Shown here: positions 1 through 7,865 of the stretch, piece after piece
Layout of the letters: each line of letters opens with the position of its first letter
Numbering within the stretch: position 1 is the first letter of the stretch
NCBI GenBank assembly: GCA_036012755.1
Contig: DASCPX010000179.1
Location: 78,566 to 142,565, forward strand
DNA length: 64,000 nt
Direction of reading: 5' to 3'
DNA from: Myxococcota bacterium
Lineage (GTDB): Bacteria; Myxococcota_A; UBA796; CAJQPC01
The notes under the pieces: model-generated
Databases searched by the model: none
Seen by the model: the letters and a program-made list of their open reading frames with translations, nothing else
What the model was told of the DNA's origin: nothing
Position numbers and translations under genes: made by a program

Positions 1-1
1 C

Positions 2-535
2 GTGTTCGCGAAGGACGGCACGCTGACCGCTGGCAACTCCTCCTCCCTGACCGACGGCGCCGCCTGCGTCATCCTCTGCTCCGAGGAAAAGGCGAGGGAG
101 CTCGGGCTGGCGCCAAAGGCCAGCTTCAAGAGCTGGGCGTATGTGGGCGTGGACCCCGCCGACCAGCTGCTGATGGGCCCCGCCCTGGCGATGCCCAAGG
201 CGCTGGACCGGGCAGGGCTGACCCTCGGCGAGGTGGACCTCGTGGACATGCACGAGGCCTTCGCGGGACAGGTGCTCTCCATCCTCAAGATGCTGGCCTC
301 GGCGAGCTTCGCCCAGGAACGCCTCGCAAGGCAGGGACCGGTCGGCGACGTCGACCCGGAGAAGCTCAACGTCCACGGCGGCAGCGTGGCTCTTGGCCAC
401 CCCTTCGGCGCGACCGGAGCGCGCATGGTGCTGACGATGGCGAACGAGCTGGAGTCGACCCAGGCAAAGACCGCGCTCTTGGGCATCTGTGCCGCCGGAG
501 GCCTGGGCGCCGCGGCGGTGATGGAGGCCTGCTAG
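2..535 (+). CDS. Thiolase (acetyl-CoA C-acyltransferase, FadA/FadI-like), C-terminal part; 5' end outside window
   Basis: ORF is open to the left edge. Thiolase C-terminal signatures NVHGGSVALGHPFGATGARM and GICAAGGLGAAAVME. Confidence 0.85.
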   Translation: MFAKDGTLTAGNSSSLTDGAACVILCSEEKARELGLAPKASFKSWAYVGVDPADQLLMGPALAMPKALDRAGLTLGEVDLVDMHEAFAGQVLSILKMLASASFAQERLARQGPVGDVDPEKLNVHGGSVALGHPFGATGARMVLTMANELESTQAKTALLGICAAGGLGAAAVMEAC

Positions 536-607
536 AGTCGCCGCATCGGACGACACTGGCTGATCGCTGTCTTCGCTGGGCTGGCCCTGGTCGTCCTGGG
601 GCTGGCG

Positions 608-2443
608 ATGGTGGCCGCCAACCCTCTCTGGTTCCTCGACAACGAGGAGCTGGTCAACCCCACGGTCGGGCGAGAGCTGCTGGCCGGCAACGGCGCCCTG
701 TTGTTGCAGATGCAGCACAACCCCCACTGCGGGGGCTGCACGGTAATGGCGCTCGGCGGCGCCGCGAGCTTCCAGCTGGCCGGCGAGTCCTTCCTCGCGT
801 GGAAGGCCATCCCGGCGCTCTGGAGCGCGGCGACGATGCTGGTCGGCTTCGCCCTGCTGCGAGCGGGGGGCTGGCGGCTGGGGGCCTGGGCCTGGTTGGT
901 GCTCTTCATCGGACTGCCGGCGGCCCTGTTCCAGACCCTGCTCATGGGCTGGGGCAACCACGCTGAGGTCGTCCTGTTCGTGCTGCTGCAGGGCCTCGTC
1001 GCGCTGAAGGCCGAGCGGCCGCCAGGCTGGGTGCTCCTGGGTGCGGTGGCCGGTGTCGGGGCCTGGTTCTGCCTGGGTTCGATCTTCGCCCTGCCGGCGA
1101 TCCTCCTCGTGCTGCGGCCATGGAAGCGACTTCCGCTGGTCGGGCTGGGCTTGGTGCTGGGTGCGCTGCCCCTGGGTGTCTTCATGCTGGATGTGGACGC
1201 CGACCCCTTCCTGCTCTTCCGCATGACCCCTCGGGGAGACCCGGGCACGCTCCTCGGCAAGCTCGGCGAGGCCACGCTGTTCGGAGTCGACGACCTCCAC
1301 TTCGTCCCCGAGCAGGCCTGGCCGGCGGCGCTCGGGGTCCTCTCGGTGGGGGCCACGTGGCTGCTGGCGGCGCGCGCCCTGAAGGACCCGAAGACCCGCA
1401 TCCTCGCAGCCCTCTATGGCGCCTCCGTGCTGCTCTACGTGCTGTCCTCGTTCCACATCGGCGTGGTCGAGGGTGAGCCCCCGCGCCCGGTGGACCTGCG
1501 CTACCTGATGTCAGCAGCCCTGCTGTTGTCGCTGATGGCCGCGGCCGGGGCCGACCAGCTGCTCAGAGACCGGCGCTGGCTCCCGGTGGCGATCGCGCTG
1601 GTGTGCGTGGCGGCTGGACCGGGGCTCGCCGCCCGCGCTGCCTGGCTCGCCTACGAGGCCCCCGCCGACAGCCCCAGCGCCTCCGATCTGCGGCCCACCA
1701 TCTACAAGATCGTCGTCCGGGACCTCGCCCACGATCGGCCGCCAGAGGTCCTCGACCGGGTCGCCCCGGAGGAGTGGGTCTCCCGGGTGAACCACCACCG
1801 CATCCGGGGCATGCAGGTGGCGAGGCGGCTTGCCTACGAGGACGATGTCCGGGGTGTCCTCGACGAGGTCCGCGCTCACCCCGAGCCCGAGCTCCTCATG
1901 AGCGGCGTCGGGCGGGAGATCCCCTTCCTGCTCGAGCTCGGACGCCAGGAGGGAGAGCCCACCGCCCGGCGCGTCGCAGCGCTGTTGAGCCGAGCGAGCC
2001 CGGCCGAGCGCGAGCTCATGGCAGCGGAGGTCCTCGTCACCCGCGCCTCGCTGTTGCAGCTCTTCGAGCTCCCCCACCCGGAGAGCTCCGCAGAGGTGGA
2101 GGCCCTGCTGCTCTCTGGCCCGCTGGCTGTCGGCGACTGCGCCCTCTGCGCGGGCCTGGGCCGGGATCTCGTGCGCTTCCGCCCCTCTGAGCAGGTGACC
2201 GGGGTCGGCGAGCTCTTCGCGGGCGGCGAGGCGATGCTGCCCGATGCCTGGCGGGGGGTGCTCATCGAAGGAGCCGGCCTGGCCTATGGGCAGGAATACG
2301 GTCACCTCGGCGAGGAGCTCGAGCTGGTCGCGCGGCTGTCGATCGATGACCGCGCAGCCTTCCAGCGAGGCTACGACCTGGGCAGGGCCAGGGCATGGCG
2401 GGTGGCGGTCGCAGAGGACGAAGGCCCCAGCTGGGTGCCCTAG
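608..2443 (+). CDS. Large polytopic membrane protein with a soluble C-terminal half, function unknown (possible envelope transferase)
   Basis: 611-aa ORF. The N-terminal half is a run of hydrophobic helices and the C-terminal half is soluble and acidic. One more hydrophobic helix is encoded in frame upstream of the ATG (see findings). Confidence 0.6.
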   Translation: MVAANPLWFLDNEELVNPTVGRELLAGNGALLLQMQHNPHCGGCTVMALGGAASFQLAGESFLAWKAIPALWSAATMLVGFALLRAGGWRLGAWAWLVLFIGLPAALFQTLLMGWGNHAEVVLFVLLQGLVALKAERPPGWVLLGAVAGVGAWFCLGSIFALPAILLVLRPWKRLPLVGLGLVLGALPLGVFMLDVDADPFLLFRMTPRGDPGTLLGKLGEATLFGVDDLHFVPEQAWPAALGVLSVGATWLLAARALKDPKTRILAALYGASVLLYVLSSFHIGVVEGEPPRPVDLRYLMSAALLLSLMAAAGADQLLRDRRWLPVAIALVCVAAGPGLAARAAWLAYEAPADSPSASDLRPTIYKIVVRDLAHDRPPEVLDRVAPEEWVSRVNHHRIRGMQVARRLAYEDDVRGVLDEVRAHPEPELLMSGVGREIPFLLELGRQEGEPTARRVAALLSRASPAERELMAAEVLVTRASLLQLFELPHPESSAEVEALLLSGPLAVGDCALCAGLGRDLVRFRPSEQVTGVGELFAGGEAMLPDAWRGVLIEGAGLAYGQEYGHLGEELELVARLSIDDRAAFQRGYDLGRARAWRVAVAEDEGPSWVP

Positions 2444-2469
2444 CGCCTCCTCGGCGTAGACTCCGCCCC

Positions 2470-2787
2470 GTGGACAAGACGTGGCCGTTGTGGACCCTCG
2501 CGCTGCTGTTCTCCGGCTCCTGCGGCTCCTCTGTCGACTGCTCGGAGGAGCCGGATCGCTGCCTGCTCGAGGCCATCCGGGCCGAGACCACCGTGGAGAA
2601 GGTGGAGGAGCTCGCTGGCGACATCCAGGATCCGCTCATCCGCGGCCTGGCCGTCTCTGAGTGGGTCGAGCTGCACGCCGGCGAGCTCACCAATGAAGAA
2701 GCGCTGAGGCTCTGCGAGCACCTCTCCGGCGTCGACCGCGGGATGTGCATGCGCCCCTACACGACCCCACACCTGCGCGCGCAATGA
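2470..2787 (+). CDS. Small secreted or lipoprotein-like protein
   Basis: In-frame GTG at 2470 inside ORF 2395..2787 gives the signal-like N-terminus VDKTWPLWTLALLFSGSCGSS. The stop overlaps the next start (ATGA at 2784). Confidence 0.45.
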   Translation: MDKTWPLWTLALLFSGSCGSSVDCSEEPDRCLLEAIRAETTVEKVEELAGDIQDPLIRGLAVSEWVELHAGELTNEEALRLCEHLSGVDRGMCMRPYTTPHLRAQ

Positions 2788-3413
2788 CGAGCTTGTGGCT
2801 GCTGTGGTCCTGCGGAGGCGAGCCCGAAGAGGTGGTGTCCGGCCTGGTGGCGCCTGGCTGTTCGGCCTACCAGGCAGACCCCGACGCCCTGGCCTACTGC
2901 AACTACCTGGACACGATGGGCGCCTCCGACCTGGCGGTGGCCGAGCGACAGTGCAGCGCCGCCGGGGTGTGGGAACAGAGGTGCAGATCCGCCTGGATCT
3001 CGGGACACGCGGAGCGGGTGGACCGGGACGCGGCGCTGGCCTTCTGTTCCGACGAGTCCTGCCGCTTCGACGTGATCGACCGCCACCTCGACCCCGACAT
3101 CCACGGCCAGATCGCCCTCTGCACCGAGCACACCCCCACCTACAGGCTCGCCTGCATCGACCACGCCCTCATCGCCTGGTCCCAGAGCGCTCCCTCGCAG
3201 GAGGCGATGGCGGAGCTCGCGGCCCTGCCGGACATGGACCCCCGCCGGGTCGGAATGGCGCTCGGCGAGGTGGTGCTGTGCGTCGAGGGCCGGGAGTGCA
3301 CGGGCGACGGCGGCGTGCTGGCCGGATGCGAGGAGGTCGTTCGCCGAGACGACCGCGGGATCTGTGAGGGCGCGATCCCGAACGCCCCGGGACTCAGTCC
3401 GGGCGGACACTGA
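2784..3413 (+). CDS. Cys-rich lipoprotein-like protein, unknown function
   Basis: ATG at 2784 gives MTSLWLLWSCGG. I count 13 Cys. Translationally coupled to the upstream small gene. Confidence 0.55.
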   Translation: MTSLWLLWSCGGEPEEVVSGLVAPGCSAYQADPDALAYCNYLDTMGASDLAVAERQCSAAGVWEQRCRSAWISGHAERVDRDAALAFCSDESCRFDVIDRHLDPDIHGQIALCTEHTPTYRLACIDHALIAWSQSAPSQEAMAELAALPDMDPRRVGMALGEVVLCVEGRECTGDGGVLAGCEEVVRRDDRGICEGAIPNAPGLSPGGH

Positions 3414-3422
3414 GCCGGTCTC

Positions 3423-4988
3423 TCAGTTCCTCGGCCGCAGGCGCGCCCAGCTCAACAAGCTGCCGGCGGGTTCCAACCCGCGAGCGGCCTCCTCTGCGAA
3501 GAGCTCCTCGCAGGCCTGCACTTCTCGGGTGACCTGGGACAGCTGCTCACCCCCCTCGAAGAATGCCCTGTGCCACTGGTCCTCGGCCTGGAACAGCATT
3601 CGTCCCTCTGCGTGGGGTGAGAGGGCGCTGGGCAAGGTGCCGGCGACCAGCAGCCAGCACACGGCGGCGATGGCGAGGAGGCGGAGTGGCGCCGCCCAGG
3701 GTGGGAGGTAGCGAGTAGCGAGTCCTGGGCGCAGGCCGTCCAACAACCGCGCTCCGGCGGCGATGCCGACACCGACCAACACGGCGATGGCGATGGTGCC
3801 CGTGAGGACGAAGCGGGGGTGGGCCTCGACCGTGTCCCGGGCGCCCAGGAAGGAGGCGGCGAAGGGTGCCAGGCACAACAGGGCCGCCAGGCGGCGACGG
3901 CGACGGAGCAGCAGGAGTGTAGCGACCGCCGTGCCACCCAGGCCCAGGTGGAACCAGGGCTCCAGACGGGTCGGGCTGAGCGTGGGCACCGGCAACGGAC
4001 CCCAGGCCTCTGGCGGGTGGTCGGGCAGCGGGTAGTCCCGCTGAGCCCACAAGAACGCGAGGGTCTCGGGGATCTCCCAAGGTGGAGAGCGGCCCCAGAC
4101 GTACTGGTGCTCGGTCACCCAGGGCGGCTCGTAGATCTCGTCGCGATGGCCCAGGTCCCAGTAGAGGCGACGGGCATCGACCTCGCCCTCGAGGGGGTAG
4201 GACCCGGGTGGATAGGCGAGCCGGCCGAGGGCGAAGGAGGCCACGAGCGCGGCGACCACGATGCCTAGACGAGCAGGCCAGAGGCGCCTCGGTGCCCAGA
4301 GCGCCGCGACGATGACGAGAGCCGTGGCGGTGAGCCCCCAGACGAGCCCGCGAGTGTCCGCGAGGAAGGCCGCACCCGCACCCGCAGCCCCGCAGATCAG
4401 CGCCGCGGTGGTCGACCAGCGCAGGGCGATCGCGGCCCCGGCGGCGCTGAGCACCAACAGGGCGATCATGAGGGGGTAGAAGTTGACCGTGTGCGTCATC
4501 ACGACAAAGGACGGCAAGCACCCGGTCAAGACGGCGGCCGCCACCCCCGCTGCCGGAGAAGCCAGGGAGCGGGCCCATCCGTAGACTCCGGCCACGGCCA
4601 GCGAGCACCCGATCCAGGCTCCCACCGTGAGCCCGTCCAGGGTGCCGAACCAGCCCGCCAACAGCGAGGGTATGGCGCCCACGGTCAGGGACCTGGTCAT
4701 GTGCCAGCCGGCTTGATCCAGCCCATCCAACGGGGAGCCGAAGGCGGCCACCGAGGCGCAGTAGTTGGTGAAGTCGTTGCTGGTGTAGGGACCGCCCATG
4801 GTGTGCAGCGGCCACAACCAGAAGGCGGTGGCCAAGGTGACCAGGATCCCCAGACAAAGCGCGAGCGCCACCTCGCGACCGGGTCGCACCTGGTCCGGGC
4901 TGCTCTGGGCCGGGGTGAGCAACCACAGCAACACCGGGACCGCGAGCAGGGTCAGGGGGTGGAACAGGACATCGGCCAGCACGCGCAC
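3423..4988 (-). CDS. Polytopic membrane protein, function unknown
   Basis: ORF 3423..5174. The first ~60 codons overlap the divergent gene at 5005 and look non-native. In-frame GTGs at 4988 and 4982 precede the first helix (VRVLADVLFHPLTLLAVPVLLWLL). More than 10 hydrophobic segments. Confidence 0.55.
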   Translation of the reverse strand: MRVLADVLFHPLTLLAVPVLLWLLTPAQSSPDQVRPGREVALALCLGILVTLATAFWLWPLHTMGGPYTSNDFTNYCASVAAFGSPLDGLDQAGWHMTRSLTVGAIPSLLAGWFGTLDGLTVGAWIGCSLAVAGVYGWARSLASPAAGVAAAVLTGCLPSFVVMTHTVNFYPLMIALLVLSAAGAAIALRWSTTAALICGAAGAGAAFLADTRGLVWGLTATALVIVAALWAPRRLWPARLGIVVAALVASFALGRLAYPPGSYPLEGEVDARRLYWDLGHRDEIYEPPWVTEHQYVWGRSPPWEIPETLAFLWAQRDYPLPDHPPEAWGPLPVPTLSPTRLEPWFHLGLGGTAVATLLLLRRRRRLAALLCLAPFAASFLGARDTVEAHPRFVLTGTIAIAVLVGVGIAAGARLLDGLRPGLATRYLPPWAAPLRLLAIAAVCWLLVAGTLPSALSPHAEGRMLFQAEDQWHRAFFEGGEQLSQVTREVQACEELFAEEAARGLEPAGSLLSWARLRPRN

Positions 4989-5004
4989 ATCGTAGGCTGC
5001 GGCG

Positions 5005-6204
5005 GTGTCGATGCCCCTCGCCCTGGCCTGCACGGACCCCGCATCGCAGGGACCCGACCGTCCGCGACGGGATCCGGGGGAGGACACCCACTCGCAGCCG
5101 GACTCGCAAGAAGACACGGGCGAGGAGCAGATCCAGCCCCCAGAGACCAGCTGCACCGCCGCCGACGCGAGCATGTCGATCGCGCCCGACTACCCGGAGA
5201 CCGGCCAGCGCGTGGACGTCTCCGTCACCGCGAACACGGGCTACGTCTACATCCACATGGCGGTGGCGGGTGGGGACTCGGAGCAGCTCAGCGCCGACAT
5301 CAGCGGCGACGGGCCCTAGACCTGGAGCTACGCCTTCACCCTGAGCGAGCCGGCCCGCTACACCTTCACCTTCACGGCGGACGACGGCTCCACGCCGATC
5401 TGCACGGGCAGCGTCACGGCGACCGGCGAGCCTGTCGAGGACACCGGAGACACCGGCAGTTCGGGGGAGCCACCGGACAACCCCATCGGCATCGGGCTGG
5501 TGAGCGAGGGCAGCACCGACCAGTGGGACCTCGCCCAGGATCTGGCTGGCAGAGGTGGGCACGTGAAGCTCATCTTCGTCGGCGTCGTGCCCGGCATGAG
5601 CGGCCCCGAGACGGCGTGGTCCAACGCCGTGGCCGGGGTCTATGCCCGCGACCTGGTGCCGGTCATCCGCATGAACCCGCACTGGGGCCAGACGGAGGTC
5701 CGCGAGTGGAGCGACGACTCCAGTCACCTCTCCTACACTGGCTACGCCCAATCCTTCGCGGCGGTGGTCTCGGGCTTGCCCCTGCGCGAGGACTGGCCGA
5801 TCTGGATCGAGCTCCTGAACGAGCCCAACCTCTGCTACGAGTGGACCTGCGACTCCGACGCCGGGACCTGGATGGGCTACGAGACGACCGCCGCGGAGTA
5901 CGCCGCGCTCCTTCGCGACGTCACCGCGGCGCTCCATGCCCTCGGGGATCCGCGCATCAAGGTGATCAACGCGGGCCTCGCCCCCGGCGGCGCCGTCGAC
6001 TGCGAGTGCGGCGGCAGCGGCTTCAACGCGGGCATCACGAGCCTCGAGTTCATCACCGCCATGGACTCGGCCGTGCCAGGGGTCTTCGACGACCTCGACG
6101 GCTTCGCCAGCCACGCCTATCCCTCCTCTGGCGAGGGCTGGGGCTTCTTCGAGGCCTACGACGACTGCGCTCCGGGCTTGAACTACTGGAAGCGCGAGCT
6201 GGAC
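5005..6204 (+). pseudogene. Lipoprotein-type clan GH-A (GH5-like) glycoside hydrolase, interrupted by an in-frame TAG and apparently 3'-truncated
   Basis: ORFs 5005..5319 and 5500..6468 share one frame, and the only stop between them is TAG 5317..5319. N-terminus is MSMPLALAC. IELLNEPN motif present. Translation becomes low-complexity after about 6204. Confidence 0.55.
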
Positions 6205-6275
6205 ACCACCAGCAACAACACCAGCAGCGAGAGCGCGATGTTCTGTCTCATGCCTTGTTCTACGCGGCAGGCAGC

Positions 6276-6506
6276 TCAGCTATTGAGCGCGCGTCTCACG
6301 GCGACGACGACGTCGTCCTCTGCAGGGAAGCCGCTGTTGTCCTTTTCGGCGACCTTCTGGCCGTCGACCCAGATGGTGAGCTCGCCCCGGTTGCCCGGGG
6401 TGACGTCCGAGCTCTCACCCGTGTCCTTCTCGATGAGGTCCGCCAACCTGGCGGCGCGTGGCTTGTAGTTTCAAGGCACGCAGTAGCGAATCACGATGCG
6501 AGACAT
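6276..6506 (-). CDS. SelW/SelT/SelH (Rdx) family selenoprotein; in-frame UGA (6473..6471) read as Sec in a CVPU redox motif
   Basis: ATG at 6506, TGA at 6276, 76 codons: MSRIVIRYCVP-U-NYKPRAARLADLIEK...GELTIWVDGQKVAEKDNSGFPAEDDVVVAVRRALNS. The ORF track stops at the internal TGA. Confidence 0.75.
6440..6454 (-). promoter_or_regulatory. Candidate bacterial SECIS hairpin (CCGCC-AGGUU-GGCGG)
   Basis: 5-bp G/C stem with a 5-nt loop containing GGU. It starts 16 nt 3' of the in-frame UGA. Confidence 0.45.
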
Positions 6507-6553
6507 CCGGACCTCCTGCAGTGGCAGTACCACTGTCGATGGGATGCGGCGAC

Positions 6554-7138
6554 TCAGTCGTTGCGGGCGAGGTCCATCTGCAAGGTGAGCTCGCAGGCGC
6601 TGCCGCCGATGATGGTCTCGACCACGCCGCAGTCCGCGCCCTCGCAGTTGAGCACGACATCGGCGCTCATGGTCATGGTCGCCTCGTCCACGAACTCGCC
6701 GTAGACCAGCGCATCGAAGACGATGACGGCGGCCAGGCCGTAGTCCTGTGGCGTGTAGTCCTCGTCGCTGCGGCTGTCGCAGTCGTAGGCCCAGCCATCG
6801 AGATCGCACTGGTCGTCCGGGGGCTCGTCACCGGCCATGGTGAACTTGCCTCCGCCGTCGTCGTGCAGCGTGACCTCGTTGCCGACCTCGCCGTGGCTGA
6901 CCCAGTCCGCTGCAGCGCAGGGGTCGTGGGTGAAGGTCCGCGCGGTGACCGTCCAGGTCTCGCCGTCGGTCAAGGGGTAGTCATCCCCACCGTCGTCATC
7001 GTCGTTGCCGTCGTCATCGTCGTTGCCGTCGTCGTCGTCGTTGCCATCGTCCTCGTCGAGGGGGTCGGCGGTCGGGCGGTCTTCGTCGTCTGGAGCCAGG
7101 GTCTCTGTGGAACAGGCCAGGAATGCAAACAGGATCAT
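6554..7138 (-). CDS. Acidic-repeat lipoprotein, unknown function
   Basis: ATG at 7138 gives MILFAFLACSTE. Contains (GNDDDD)x3. The C-terminal domain has 6 Cys. Confidence 0.6.
   Translation of the reverse strand: MILFAFLACSTETLAPDDEDRPTADPLDEDDGNDDDDGNDDDDGNDDDDGGDDYPLTDGETWTVTARTFTHDPCAAADWVSHGEVGNEVTLHDDGGGKFTMAGDEPPDDQCDLDGWAYDCDSRSDEDYTPQDYGLAAVIVFDALVYGEFVDEATMTMSADVVLNCEGADCGVVETIIGGSACELTLQMDLARND
6989..7042 (-). repeat. 3 x 18-bp in-frame tandem repeat encoding GNDDDD
   Basis: Plus-strand copies at 6989-7006, 7007-7024 and 7025-7042 (gccgtcgtcatcgtcgtt-like). Confidence 0.9.
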
Positions 7139-7155
7139 GCCTCTCCGGACGGTGC

Positions 7156-7193
7156 GTATACGCGCTGTATACCTAAGTAGACAGTGTGTATAC
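7156..7193. promoter_or_regulatory. Three GTATAC palindromes in an AT-rich divergent intergenic region (candidate operator/promoter)
   Basis: GTATAC at 7156-7161, 7167-7172 and 7188-7193 (spacings 11 and 21 bp), between the divergent starts at 7138(-) and 7221(+). Confidence 0.4.
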
Positions 7194-7220
7194 GTCAAGA
7201 AGCTGTCGTAGCCTGGGATC

Positions 7221-7857
7221 ATGCTGCTGCTGCTTGCATGCAACGGTCGCCTCGACACGGGCGCGTGCGAGGCGAGCTTCTCCTCTGGGGGGGGCATTCA
7301 CCTGCCCGATGGAGGGCTGGGGCGACCGGGACTACTACATCGTGCTGCCCGACGGCTACGCGGGCGGCGACGCGATCCCGCTGTTGGTCGACTTCCACGG
7401 GGGCGGCGGCAGCAAGATCTCCGAGGCCGCCTCGAGCTGTCCCGAGGGCGACCTGGACGACCCGAAGTGCCTGCATGCCTTCGCCAGGGAGAAGGGCTTC
7501 GCGCTGGTCTACCCAAACGGCACCGGCGCGAGCGGCTGGAAGCAGAACCTGCGGAGCTGGAACGCCGGAGGGGGGAACCCGGACGACGAGTTCCGCTGTG
7601 TCTCGACCCCGGCGGGCGAGGACGGCGTCGACGACGAGCGCTACCTCCGAGAGCTGCTCGACGACGTCGACGACGACGGCACGACCACGACCCGCCTGAG
7701 CTACCCGGACTGTCCCCTCGAACACCTCCGGGTGGACGGGGGCGGCCACGTCTGGCCCCAGGGCCACCAGTACCTGAGCGCAAAACGGGTAGGGCCTGCC
7801 TGGCAGGACTGGGGCAACGAAGTCATCTGGGACTTCCTCTCCAGCCACAGCCGTTAG
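7221..7857 (+). pseudogene. Lipoprotein esterase of the LpqC/PHB-depolymerase-like family, frameshifted at a G8 tract; nucleophile region appears to be missing
   Basis: MLLLLACNGRLDTGACEASFSSGG (frame 3) continues as AFTCPMEGWGDRDYYIVLPDGY...PLLVDFHGGGGS...GGGHVWPQG (frame 1). Removing one G from G8 (7287-7294) fuses the two frames. Confidence 0.6.
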
Positions 7858-7865
7858 GACGACAC

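Noticed and set aside
5317-5319. In-frame TAG as pyrrolysine or programmed read-through
   Set aside because: There are no pyl genes or methylamine-methyltransferase context. The gene also has a degenerate 3' end. A W(TGG)-to-TAG style nonsense mutation or an error is far more likely.
3547-6114. 855-aa minus-strand ORF, with similar giants at 4491..6704+, 8854..11028-, 9291..11627+, 34357..37116+ and 58350..60692+
   Set aside because: Their translations are Arg/Gly/Pro/Ala-rich low-complexity text without motifs. They lie antisense or out of frame to genes with clear domain signatures. This is the typical shadow-ORF effect of a high-GC genome.
6183-6251. 22-codon hydrophobic mini-ORF (MRQNIALSLLVLLLVVSSSRFQ) 24 nt downstream of the selenoprotein gene on the minus strand
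   Set aside because: It looks like a signal peptide or TM helix cut off by a stop. It could be a remnant of the rearrangement that truncated the glycosidase gene, or a small membrane peptide. It is too short and has too weak a ribosome-binding site to call without expression data.
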